Part shown: positions 1-12,351 of the stretch, piece by piece
Layout: the number at the start of each line of letters is the position of its first letter
How positions within the stretch are numbered: the first letter of the stretch is position 1
Source: Eledone cirrhosa
Taxonomy: Eukaryota
Reading direction: 5' to 3'
Length of the DNA stretch: 64,000 nt
NCBI GenBank assembly: GCA_964016885.1
Contig: OZ024741.1
Location: 343,604,001 to 343,668,000 of the forward strand
The notes under the pieces: model-generated
The model's database searches: none
What the model was told of the DNA's origin: nothing
What the model saw: the letters and a program-made list of their open reading frames with translations, nothing else
Made by a program: the position numbers and the translations under genes

Positions 1-66
1 CTTGAAATATATATAATAAAACAATTATGGTTTTATAAATATAGTTTCCATTTATTAATATATTGT
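1..66 (+). mobile_element. 3' fragment of a PLE pseudo-LTR (family A-related), with the 3' half of a hammerhead
   Basis: GAAATATATATA...TATGGTTTTATAAATATAGTTTCCATTTATT matches 18271-18333 and 25539-25598; ends in (TA)n. Confidence 0.75.
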
Positions 67-310
67 ATATATATATATATATATACTTGTGTGTGTGTGT
101 GTGTCTATATATGTATGTTTGCATGCATGAATGAATACACTAAGCTTTAGATTTAGTAGAATGTACAACCACTGATTTCAGCTATTTGCAGTATCATATA
201 TTTATATATTTTGGTTTCTCTTAATTCCCTGGGGAATTGGTTGACCAATTGCTTTACTTAATTGTTTTATTTATTTATTTTTTTTAATTTCCTTTTTCTT
301 CAGTCCGCCA

Positions 311-364
<54 letters not shown>

Positions 365-366
<2 letters not shown>

Positions 367-467
367 CGAAGGAATTGTGGTAAGGAACCAGATGGACCAT
401 AACGCACCAAAGTACTCAATACTTAGGGTAGTAGTGTAGGTAATAGTGCCGTCGGGTTCTACTTGTT

Positions 468-470
<3 letters not shown>
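365..470 (-). mobile_element. Minimal PLE stub: ~26-bp inverted arm plus 3' tail, in (TA)n
   Basis: Reverse complement is homologous to 60914-60940 joined to the tail 61022-61100; (TA)n on both sides. Confidence 0.7.
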
Positions 471-540
<70 letters not shown>

Positions 541-542
<2 letters not shown>

Positions 543-885
543 TTGGAAATTTAGTAAAATCGAATTTCTGGGGGTTTACAAGAAAATTCGGCCTACTTAT
601 ATGAAATGATGAGTTAGAAAAGCACTCGATAAGTTGGGTCCTTAGAGTAATAACATACGTTTAAATAGCTTGACAAATCGAACATTGTGGCAAAATCTAA
701 CACACAATGATATACCAAAGTAACGATAGAACTAACAGGTTGAATATATATATATATATATATATCATAACTCATGTCCTTAGAATTATTAGATAAAATA
801 TATACCATTTCCATAGAGCCACAACGTGACCAGTTGCAACATATATATCTATGACTTTATGTATATGTAAACCTTTATATATATA

Positions 886-950
<65 letters not shown>

Positions 951-1708
951 TAATAAAATAATGAATAAACAAAGAAACGGTTCCTTATATTAAAAATATT
1001 CATCATTTTACGATCGTTTCTAGGATATATATGTGTTAGTGTTGGTATGCATATTCTATAGATCTATGTAAAATATTTATACAAACTACCAGAGGGAATA
1101 TACATACCTACACATATATATGCTGTCTTCAGAAATAATGATATTTGTTTATTGAAAAAAACAAAGATTGAATACAATAGGTCTGTTTGGGAACAGGTTT
1201 TGAATTGACCAATAGAAAGATAGTGAAGGTCAAGATAGTAATATAGTGGTAGAAGAACCTTAAATTATGGGTAGAGGAAGGTAGATTTCAGTTTTGGATG
1301 GAAAAGAATATTATGAATGAAAGATTATTTTAGGGATGAAATAGGTTGTATGCTAACCTCAGAAATAATTATATTTGTTCATTGAATAAAACCAACAAAG
1401 ATCTAATATAGTCTGTCTGTTTGGTAAGAGGTTTAGAATTAACCAATAGAAAGTTAATAATTGGCCAAATGGTAAAATAGTAGTAATTGAAGCTTATTTT
1501 AGGGGTAGATTAAGGCAGATTTCAGTTTTGAATGGAGTGTGAAGAATGAGAAGGTTATTTTAGGGGTGAAAATAGGTCAGGTCAGTAAAAGGTATACGAG
1601 CAGTTGCTGTTATAAAATAGTAATAACATACGTTTAAATAGATTGACAAATCGAACATTGTGGCAAAATCTAACACAATAATATACCAAAGTAACGATAG
1701 AACTAACG
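541..1708 (-). mobile_element. Non-coding PLE pseudo-LTR element with hammerhead and internal direct repeats
   Basis: Tail motif TCGAGTGCTTT at 619-629(-); HHR at 1001-1140(-); direct repeats 647-737/1620-1708 and ~1130-1340/~1361-1575; (TA)n flanks. Confidence 0.6.
1001..1140 (-). ncRNA. Type I hammerhead ribozyme with ~105-nt stem II
   Basis: Minus strand reads CATTATTT-CTGAAGA-[long hairpin]-GAAA-CGATCG-TA-AAATGATG; 8-bp stem I and palindromic stem III. Confidence 0.7.
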
Positions 1709-2031
1709 ATATATATATATATATATATATCTGTGTGTGTGAATGTATGTGTGTGTACGTGCGTGTCTATAAAGATTTATGTTCTGCATGTGGGAAAGCA
1801 AGTATAGTACAAATGGTAAAACAAGATTTGGTAAAACATCTCGTGGGAAAGAGTGAGAAAATATGTAAAACAACCCAAAAGGGTATATGCTTATATTGTT
1901 CGACCATGAAAATTTAGCTGGACAATGAAATTCAGTGTGTACAAAATCATAATAAATTAGGTCTATTTATATAGAGCGCTTGTACTTGCAGTTGATAATC
2001 ATGTTAAACACGCACGCATACACACAGATAC

Positions 2032-2062
<31 letters not shown>

Positions 2063-2073
2063 GTATGTATATA

Positions 2074-2130
<57 letters not shown>

Positions 2131-2690
2131 ATAAAATAACAGGAGGCTGGACTGGTGTAATTCCTTAAAAGGTTTATTATACTATGATCATTTCAGTGAA
2201 CGGGTTCAGTATGAATCCGGTGACATCATCAGGTATTCGAAATATAACAAAGGAATATAATAGACACAATCCATGGGGCTGAAAATCAGAGACATGTGGG
2301 CGGCCGAACATTTAGCAGTTCTAGCCCGGTCAGCCGCCCTCGACCGGGCTAGAACTGCTAAATGTTCGGCCACCCTCATGTCTCTGATTTTCAGCCCCAT
2401 GGATTGTGTCTATTATATTCCTTTGTTATATTTCGAATACCTGATGATGTCACCGGATTCATACTGAACCCGTTCACTGAAATGATCATAGTATAATAAA
2501 CCTTTTAAGGAATTACACCAGTCCAGCCTCCTGTTATTTTATAATAATTAACTCCGTACTCGTACCACCAGCTACACAAGCGAAGACGGGTGAGTTGCAT
2601 TACGTCGAGTACTCTCCCTAATATTACATCAAGGTTGACCATACGGAATGACCAGTTCTATCCAGTGGTGAACCAACAAACCTAAATAAA
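2131..2690 (+). mobile_element. Non-autonomous PLE fold-back element: ~410-bp palindrome plus ~150-nt tail
   Basis: Near-perfect inverted repeat 2131-2331/2342-2542 with an HHR in each arm; tail carries TCGAGTACTCT at 2605; (TA)n flanks. Confidence 0.8.
2437..2494 (+). ncRNA. Minimal type I hammerhead ribozyme
   Basis: ATAC-CTGATGA-stem II-GAAA-TGATCA-TA-GTAT; palindromic stem III ATGATCAT; mirror copy at ~2179-2236(-). Confidence 0.75.
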
Positions 2691-2722
2691 TATATGTATA
2701 TATATATATATATATATATAAT

Positions 2723-3030
2723 AGAAAGGACGATATGTTATATCTTCATTACTTTTAATGACGACTAGCCCGACTCTGCAATCAAAAGCTCGTCCGATCA
2801 CTGCTGTGGAAATGTCAGAACCGGGCTAGATCGATACAGATCGAATTTTGAGCTGATCAATACCAAAATATGCGTCACTACTCAATAAACATAATGAAGA
2901 TATAACATATTGTCCTTTTTATTATTACTACAATCTACCATGTTCTACACCTCTATACTTACTGGAAACTACACATCGAGTGCTCACTCTGGTCTGGTAA
3001 ACCTAGAGTAACTGGACGTTACAATCCCGA
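2723..3030 (+). mobile_element. Short PLE-derived element with ~27-bp inverted arm and tail
   Basis: Inverted pair AAAGGACGATATGTTATATCTTCATTA / TAATGAAGATATAACATATTGTCCTTT; tail TCGAGTGCTC at 2976; homologous to 23761-24010(-). Confidence 0.6.
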
Positions 3031-3041
3031 TATATATATAG

Positions 3042-3107
<66 letters not shown>

Positions 3108-3110
3108 ATA

Positions 3111-3268
3111 ATAAACAACACAATATAATTGTCCCATTACGAAAGGTGTCGAGAAGCTAGACGGTTCTTGCAGAATAATTATATTGTGTTGTTTATGTCA
3201 TTAAATAGCTCTGTACAATACATAGAGCACTCTTCTTTCCTTTACCTTTTCTACGGAAATACTTAACA
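3111..3268 (+). mobile_element. Short PLE-type stub (20-bp inverted arm plus tail) between (TG)n and (CA)n
   Basis: Inverted repeat 3111-3130/3177-3196; tail hairpin GCTCT...AGAGCACTC at 3208-3232. Confidence 0.5.
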
Positions 3269-3289
3269 CACACACACAGACGCACACGC

Positions 3290-4430
3290 TGCAGAATTAA
3301 CATCGAAGTTGTCACCCATGTAATAAGTAACTGTCCAAAGACGTCATCACGATACTATCTACCTATGAGGCATGATGTAGTGGTCTAAAAAAAGATTGCC
3401 CAGACAATTAACATATCAAAATTACAGCAATGTGGAAGACATACACATACATAATATGAAAAGGTACTGGTGGAATGTTCCAGTTAAAACCCCAATAAAA
3501 TGCAGGCATAACAGACCAGATATTATGATATTGAACAGGAAAAAGAAGGCATGCACAGTAGTGGAATTTATCTGCCCAGCAGATGGTAATATAAAATCAA
3601 GGATTAGCGAGAGATTATGCAGAACTAATGAGGAATCTGCAGATACGCCACACTGACTATACCTTCAGATTTATACCTGTGATTATTGGGGCACTGAGGT
3701 ATGTTAGTAACTGCCTCAATACAAATCATGAGAAGCTGGGCTTCATAGTAACAGAAAGAACACGACTATTTAGGAAATTTTAAATATAATCCATTAAGGG
3801 AACAGTAAAAATATGTAAAACATTCCAAATATTATGCATTTAATAACTGCATATACATTTGAACAGATACAAAGCATATGAACATGGACATATATAACTC
3901 AAAACTTCCACATCCACACACAATAACATCCATACCTACACAAAAATTCATGCATGCAGACATGCAGACATATCTACCTAGTTGATATTATTTAAATCAA
4001 ATCCCGCCGAGGTTAACTTTGCCTTTCATCCTTACGGGGTCGATAAAATAAAGTACCAGTAATGTACTGAGTATTTGCTGGCCTTGTGCCAAAGGTAGAA
4101 TCAATTATTTAGAATCAAATGTCAGAGTCTTGTATCTATGTTAGAAACCGACTCTTTCTGTATTGGTAAACAATTATAAAATTATAAAACCAGAACATAC
4201 ATACATATATACATACAAAGCATATGCATGCACACATACAACTCAAAACATACACTTCCATACATACAATAACATCCATACCTATACACACATGCATGCA
4301 AACATGCAGACATATTTACCTAGTTGATGTTGTGCAAATTCCAATGAGAAGGTCTTGTATCTATGTTAGAAACCGACGCTCTCCTCTATTAGCAAAAATT
4401 TGTGAAATTATAAAACCAGAAGAACATACA
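3290..4430 (+). mobile_element. 3' fragment of an R4/Dong-like (RLE-type) non-LTR retrotransposon with duplicated 3' UTR
   Basis: RHD and HNRPDIMI...VVEF.CP motifs; close homology to 45130-45915; 3' UTR repeated at ~4200-4430; interrupted by a SINE piece. Confidence 0.75.
3995..4110 (+). mobile_element. SINE fragment (recurrent family)
   Basis: AATCCCGCCGAGGTTAACTTTGCCTTTCATCCTTACGGGGTCGATAAAATAAAGTACCAGT recurs at 26170(-), 27085(+) and 54800(-). Confidence 0.65.
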
Positions 4431-4749
4431 TACATTCGTGTGCGTATATTTTTTCTCAATACTATACAAGTTTTGTTACAAAGGCAAACAGAAACACGGC
4501 GGTTAAAACATATTGGTGTAGATATGTTCAGGTGTAAATATATGTTTTGAGTTTCTTTCTTACATCATTTCTCCACAATAGGAGTATGCTAGACTAGCTT
4601 AGTGTCTTTAATACAAATAATTCTCAAACCACCGCGAACTATTGCTACACGCATGGCCGAAATGATTGTACGCTTTAAGGGTGCTCCGAAGCAACGGTGC
4701 CAACTGTGCACCAACCATAAAAGATTGATTTGTGAACGTGTGGAGATAG

Positions 4750-5310
<561 letters not shown>

Positions 5311-5539
5311 CACTTTAAATAAATAGTATTTGCCTAGGTCTGTTTTACAGATACCCGGCTATATGCCAATGACTACATAAACACACAGAATATATATATA
5401 TATATATGTTATAAAGAACGAAGAATATATTTATATATAGAGAGAGACAGGTACATAATATCCATATATATATATATATATATATAAAAAATAAAATAAA
5501 ATAAATAAGTCAAATGTTTAAAATTTGGCTTCGTTTATT

Positions 5540-5594
5540 ACTGCTATATATATTTCGGTGACAGCCATCTTTGGCTGTGACCTCTTCAGGCAGT
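5540..5594 (-). ncRNA. Minimal type I hammerhead (family B, left arm)
   Basis: ACTGC-CTGAAGA-GGTCACAGCCAAAGATGGCTGTCACC-GAAA-TATATA-TA-GCAGT. Confidence 0.85.
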
Positions 5595-6719
5595 CCGAAT
5601 TAGTGTGGTAGAGACGAGTACACATGTTGTTGAGGTGTATAACTTTGTCAATACTCTGATATGCCCAGTTCCTGGTTGGGTTGTTATTTCACTGAGGAAC
5701 TGGAATCATATGAATTCAAACAAACGAATTTCAGCGTCAAAGGCCTCTTCTCCTCTCATTGGTCAGTTGTTAGAACATTCCTCAGTCAAAAGTCTATAGA
5801 AATTCCTTCTGATGCAAGCCAATCTGTAGTTCTTGTTCTTGTTAATGTTAGGTACATCGACCTCTATTTTTGTATTGGTAGTGGTGTTATTGTTGGAGTC
5901 AGCTAAAAAAAAAGGTGATAAAGTGGTAGAAGGAATAAGATGTTAATGGAACAAAATAAAATAAAATAATCGAATAAATGTGTGTGTGTGTTATACCCAT
6001 CTCATTATTATAAAGATTTGTAAGGTCAAACTTCCCATTGGTCAGTTTTGAGAGCATTCCTCAGTCCAAAGTCTATAGAAATTCTTTCTGGGATGAGGTT
6101 CCCTGTTGTGTTTGTGTTTGCTATTGTTAAGTATATCAGACCTCTACCCTTATTTTGGTAGTGTTGTTGGTGTTGTGGTCAGCTTATGTCTTGCTGCTGC
6201 TGACAATTTAGAAGTATCTGTGTGTGTGTTTCTTCACCCCTCCTGCCACCATCTCCTGTGGTGGTGGTGGTGGGGGAGGCGTGGGGGGGGGGGGGACTGC
6301 CATGTATATGAAGAAATAGAATGCAATAAAATGAAGTAAACAGAAAATAAATAATAGATAGAGAATAAATTAAAAATTAATGAAAAGTTAATGAAAAAGT
6401 AAAGAAAAGTGAATATGGAAAATGAATAATAAAAATGAAAGGTGAAAAATAAAATGAAGATTCGAATAGAATAAGATAATATGTGTGTGTGCTATAACCA
6501 ATCTCAAGGTCAGAAATATGTTGGATAGATTGGTAGGAGGAACAAGATGGTAAAAGAATAAAACGAAATAGGATAATCAAATAAAATGTGTGTGTGTTAT
6601 AACCAATCTCAACTTAAATATAAATATAAGGTGATAAAGTGAAGAAAACAGAAAACAAATAACAAATGAATAATGAGAAATCAAAATAGCTTGAGGGGAG
6701 TTCACATCTTATTGTGTTG

Positions 6720-8960
6720 CTACTGTCCATATATCTTGAGGAAGCTCCTGGCCCTGAGGTGTCTGCATGTCCCGAAGAAGTCGGTTGTGAGGTTTATCAG
6801 GCCGCTTCCACCTCTTATTATCTCGAGAGTCTCGTTCAGACATAGTTTGCATATGCAAGATCCCCCTTTATCGGGTGGTACTTTCCTGATTATGGACCAG
6901 GCCAGAGAGTACGCGGTCCTGTCCAGCTTAAGCTTCCAGATCAGGTCGGAGAGAGCCATACTTTTCCTTTTGGCCTCCTTATTGAAGGAATGGCGATGGT
7001 TATACCAGCGGTCTTTAAAGTTCGTTGATGTGGCTCCTATGTAGAGGTGTTCGGGGGTTTTAACCCTATAACCGTATACTAGATTTTTCTTAAGGCATTT
7101 ATTACCAAGGGGGCATGATTCGGTGTTTCTGCAGTTGCAGAGGGTGGTCGAACTCTGCGTGCCTAGATTGGGGTTCCCGTTAGGTGTTATATGGTGGTCT
7201 TCCTCCAGGCGCGGTGGAGGGTCCCCGGGTCTTTTGGGGTTTCTTGGGTGGGTACTGGGTCTCCCCTTGCCTCCTTTCACATGGTTCTGCTGAGTGCTTG
7301 TATTGCCATCTTATGGTTGTGTGTGGTTTTTAAGCCTAGTCCTGTTGATGCTAGCTATGTGTTGGGCCATATTTCTCGTGGTGGAATACCAGAGCTTCAC
7401 AGTGTGTCTGTTGAAGATCTTGTGGTATCTATGGTCCTCGGGAAGCATTTATCAAGTATTCCAAAGAATGATCGGGCCAAGCTGTTCTTTAGGGCCGCTG
7501 ATTAGGGTGGGTTGTACCACGTGATTTTTCTGTGTCTCCTCCTATATGTGTGGGTCGGGAGCGTCGTGAGTTGTTGGAGATTTGTTGGGTTGCTAGTGGT
7601 TCCCGCATTGTTGCATCCCCTTTGGGCGCTATGCGTTTTGCTATCTTCACGGCCCGAATCTGTGGGGTGGTCGTCGCCCGAGCTGGGAGATCTACCATGG
7701 GGTGGTCCCCCACCCCACGTGTCCTGCAGTTGGGGTCATCGGGTCCGGGTGGTTAGTATCACCCCTGAGACTGCTACTCATATTGGGTTTCAACCCATGG
7801 TTAAGCGTACACGTCACCAACGCCCGTGTGGTGGTGTCGGGCTCATGGTGCCTATTTGTTTTTGTACTGCCTGTATTGTTAGGGTTCTCCCCCCCCGGGC
7901 CACGCGGGTGTGGGTGTCCGTTGGGCCATCCCCAATCGGGCGTTTCGGACTGTATGTTATATTTTCTCCATGTGCCGCCTTATTTAGAGCTGCGTTGTAA
8001 TATTCCGCGTTGTTACCGCATATTTCTTTACTTGCGGACAGGCTGGAGATTCTGTCCGAGACACTCTTCACCACGGCCTTGGTTATGGAGCTAGGGTGGT
8101 TTGACTTGGCGTTAACATACACGAGTTTCTCGTTGGGCTTGTGGTAGGGGTAGTATTGTTCGGTGTTCAGGTTTAGGGTGGTGTCTAGGAAGTTAACTAC
8201 CATTCTATTTGGGTCTAGTTCTATACCGAGCCCCTGGTTTTTAAAGAAATAGCGAATACGCTTCCTCATTCCCTCCAACATATTGGGGCTGTGGTCATAC
8301 ACTGTGAAGAGAGCATCGTCACGATATAATCCGCCGCCCAGGCAGGGGATTTCATCTTTTATCTGTTTCAGCAGGAAGAGCCCAACCAGGTCCGTTACCT
8401 GTACTGAGTCGCTTGAGCCCATCGTGATGTCAAAGTTATTTGGCCAATTACTGCTGGTCCAAAGGTCTCCATCGAAACGGATTAAGGTCTTTCTTGCGGC
8501 GTGGATGACGCTCACCTCCTCTCGGCTTAGGTCCGTGTTGGACATCGCTAAAAATAGAGCCTTATTGAGTACTATGGGTGAGATTGAGGAGTAGTAGCCT
8601 GCGATATCCAGTTGTATAAAGCTGGTCTTACTTTTCTCATGTAGTATCTTAAACCATTCTATTACCTCTCCCGTGCATGACCATTGCTCTAATTTAGTTT
8701 TCTTCCGAAGCTTGGGCAAAATCCTATCTAGTATTCTTTTACTGACGATCCCTAGGTCAGATCTGGAGTGAGCTATTAGTCTGACAGGGAAGTCGGACAC
8801 AAAGTTTGGCTTGTGATCTTTCAGGGTAATTCGCAGCTCCCTTGGTTGTTATGGGGCCGTCCTGTCCTCTATGCCGAGTTCAGATATAATCCTGTAAGCT
8901 GTGGCATTGATCTCATCCAGGGTAAATCCAGGTGTTTTTTGTAGCACTTCCTCAGTTCCT
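6720..8960 (-). pseudogene. Frameshifted PLE RT + GIY-YIG endonuclease
   Basis: RT motifs QLDIAGYY, ITMGSSDS, GLYRDD, NFLDTTL; linker CNCRNTESCPL; EN motifs VY..YIG, FKDRWYNH, CKLCLNE, CRH. Confidence 0.9.
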
Positions 8961-8975
8961 TGAGAATTGGTAATT

Positions 8976-9342
8976 AATGCCTTAAGAAGAACCTAGTATA
9001 GGGTTGTAGGGTTAAAACCCCCAACTCCGAATACCTCTACATAGGAGCCACATCAACGAGCTTTAAAGACCGCTGGTATAACCATCACCATTCCTTCAAT
9101 AAGGAGGCCAAAAGGAAAAGTACGGCTCTCTCCGACCTGATCTGGAAGCTTAAGCTAGACAGGAACCCGTACTCTATGGCCTGGTCCATAATCAGGAAAG
9201 TATCACCCGATAAAGGGGGATCTCGCATATGCAAACTATGTCTGAACGAGACTCTCGAGATAATAAGAGGTGGAAGCGGCCTGATAAACCTAAGAACCGA
9301 CTTCTTCGGGACATGCAGACACCTCAAGATATATGGACAGTA
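8976..9342 (+). pseudogene. GIY-YIG endonuclease fragment in the right arm of family B
   Basis: Reverse-complement copy of 6720-7100 (YIGATSTSFKDRWYNH...CKLCLNE). Confidence 0.85.
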
Positions 9343-10408
9343 GCAACACAATAAGATGTGAACTCCCCTCAAACTATAGGGATTTCTCCAGAATATGTAA
9401 ACACCTCCCGGCCAAACCTCCCTCAAGCTATATGGGCAGTAACAACACCATAGGTTGGGAACTCCTCTGAAGCCATAGGGACCAACCCAGGCTGAGCAGA
9501 CACCATGATATCCTAGATATTGATTCTGACACAGTCTTTATAATTTGGTCAACATATTTATAACACACACACATTTTAATTTACCTGATTTTAGATTTTT
9601 CAATTTTGATTTCTCATTATTCATTTGTTATTTGTTTTCTGTTTTCTTCACTTTATAACCTTATATTTATATTTTAATTAAGATTGGTTATAACACACAC
9701 ATTTTATTTGATTATCCTATTTCGTTTTATTCTTTTACCATCTTGTTCCTCCTACCAATCTATCCTACATATTTCTGACCTTGAGATTGGTTATAGCACA
9801 CACATTTTATCTTATTCTATTCGAATCTTCATTTTATTTTTCTCTTTTCATTTTCATTATTCATTTTCCATATTCACTTTTCATTACTTTTCCATTACTT
9901 TTTCATTAATTTTTCATTTATTCTCTATGTATTATTTATTTTCTGTTTACTTCATTTTATTGCCTTCTATTTCTTCATATACATGGCAGCCCCAGATGAG
10001 ATGGGTATAACACACACACACATTTATTCGATTAATTTATTTTATTTTGTTCCATCACCATCTTATTCCTTCTACCACTTTATCACCCTTCTTTTGAGCT
10101 GACTCCAACAATAACATCACTACCAACATAAGAATAGAGGTCAGATGTACCTAACAATAACAAGAACAACAACTACAGATTGGCTTGCCTCAGAACAAAT
10201 TTCTATAGATTTTTGACTGAGGAATGTTCTAACAACTGACCAATGAGAGGAGAAGAGGCCCTTTGATGCTGAAATTCGTTTGTTTGAATTCATATGATTC
10301 CAGTTCCTCGGTGAAATAACAACCCAACCAGGAACTGGGCATATCAGAGTATTGACAAAGTTATGCACCTCAACAACACGTGTACTCGTATCTACCACAC
10401 TAATTCGG

Positions 10409-10463
10409 ACTGCCTGAAGAGGTCACAGCCAAAGATGGCTGTCACCGAAATAAATATAGCAGT
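10409..10463 (+). ncRNA. Minimal type I hammerhead (family B, right arm)
   Basis: ACTGC-CTGAAGA-stem II-GAAA-TAAATA-TA-GCAGT. Confidence 0.8.
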
Positions 10464-10657
10464 AATAAACGAAGCCAAATTTTAAAAATTTGACTTATTT
10501 ATTTTGTTTTATTTTACATTACTCCGGAGTAACCAAACCAACCTGCGCACTTCGTCGAGTGCTCCAATCCGCATAATGAGGTGTTGGTATACAACCAACA
10601 TATACCCAAAATTTATTTATATATATATATATATATGGTTATACGGAATGTATAACG

Positions 10658-10812
<155 letters not shown>

Positions 10813-10849
10813 ATTAAATAAATGGAAACTATATTTATAAAACCATATT

Positions 10850-10915
10850 TATTTCATTATATATATTTCGGGGATATCATATTAACAATATGCTATGCCT
10901 TCCTCAGACAAAATA
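10850..10915 (-). ncRNA. Hammerhead ribozyme (family A)
   Basis: TATTTTGT-CTGAGGA-stem II-GAAA-TATATA-TA-ATGAAATA. Confidence 0.8.
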
Positions 10916-12351
10916 CAATATAAACAGTTTTATAGATAAATAGATTCGACATACCGTTATAACACCGACTTCCATTTGAAGAGGTTTAGGCTGGCAGTGA
11001 AAAAATTTTACACAGAGAGAAAGAAAGAGAGAAAAAAAGAAAGAAAGACAGAAAACGAAGAAAAGGAAGAAAAAGAAGAAATGCATGGAACAAAATAGAG
11101 AGATGGAAAGATAGATAAAGCGAAGAACTTCATGTAAAGAAACAGAAAGAGATATATATATAGAGAGAGAGAGGAAATAGAGATAGATACATATATATAT
11201 AGAAAATTAGGTAGTGGGAGGTCATTTTGAGTAAATGTATCAATGATACATTTATTTATTTATTTATTTATTTATCTCAAGTATTAATGTAAGGGAGATA
11301 TATATAGAGAGAAAAAATATAGAGAGAGGAAAAAATAGCGAGAGAAAAAAAAAAAAAAAAAATTTAAAAATAGCCAGATATATTCGAGGCGTAAAAACCC
11401 TATGTTTTAATGTATTAGTATTTATAAAACTTACACTATATTGTAAATATCAGTATTCGTGAATGAGACAAGTACCCATAGTGTGTGAAAATTAATTATC
11501 TTATGTTTAGTTTTAAAAAAATTCATATGTTTATGTGACAGCTACAAACATCCATGCGAATCCACATGATTCACCCTGCAAACTCTAAGTTCACGGAAAA
11601 CATTCACAATGTGGTATAAAAATTTGAGCATACATATATGTGTATTAATTATTATTCCTGTCTTTACTCTACAAGATTATCTATCAAGCAGAAATAGAGA
11701 GCAGATTTCAATATACCAATAAAAACATATATCAGAAACAAAACTAAAAAAATAAAAAAATAAAAAGATAACAATAATAATAATAAGTAAAAATAAGTAA
11801 TAATAAAATAGAAAACTAAAAAAATATTACGAAAGAATATTACATAATAAAAATATTACATATTAAAAATATTACGTATTAAAAAATATTACGTATTAAA
11901 AATTTACATATTAAAGATATTAAAAATAAAAATAAAAATAAAAATAAAAAATAAAAAATATTATAAAATACTACAATAATAAAAAATAAAAATAAAAATA
12001 AACCACAAAGATCAACCCTTCAAAGTTAATTGACAATATATTGCCAAGTTCATTACAAGACAAAGCCAAAAATTATCTATCAAATCACATCTAGCAAAGA
12101 TCATTTCAAAAAGTCTATGATGTCCAAATTGGTCTACATATGTTCTTATATTTAATATAGAAGTTTATCTAGTGTAAGGTTTATTCAAAAAATTTGGAGC
12201 ATCAGCTTTTAGGGTAGCTTAATTTTTCATGAGGAATGTTTAAATAAAAATAAAATAAAAATAAAAATAAACAATAAAAAAAAGAATAAAAAGAAGGAAT
12301 CAAAAATTTATCGGCTAGTTTCCCATATAAATATAAATCAAACTAAATATA

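Larger units (their letters stand above)
5490..10615. mobile_element. Penelope-like element family B (Hydra-clade-like), inverted insertion in (TA)n
   Basis: Left arm 5490-~8975(-) holds 5'-truncated RT, EN and 3' UTR; right arm ~8976-10505(+) holds EN and 3' UTR; tail 10506-10615; HHR in both arms. Confidence 0.9.
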
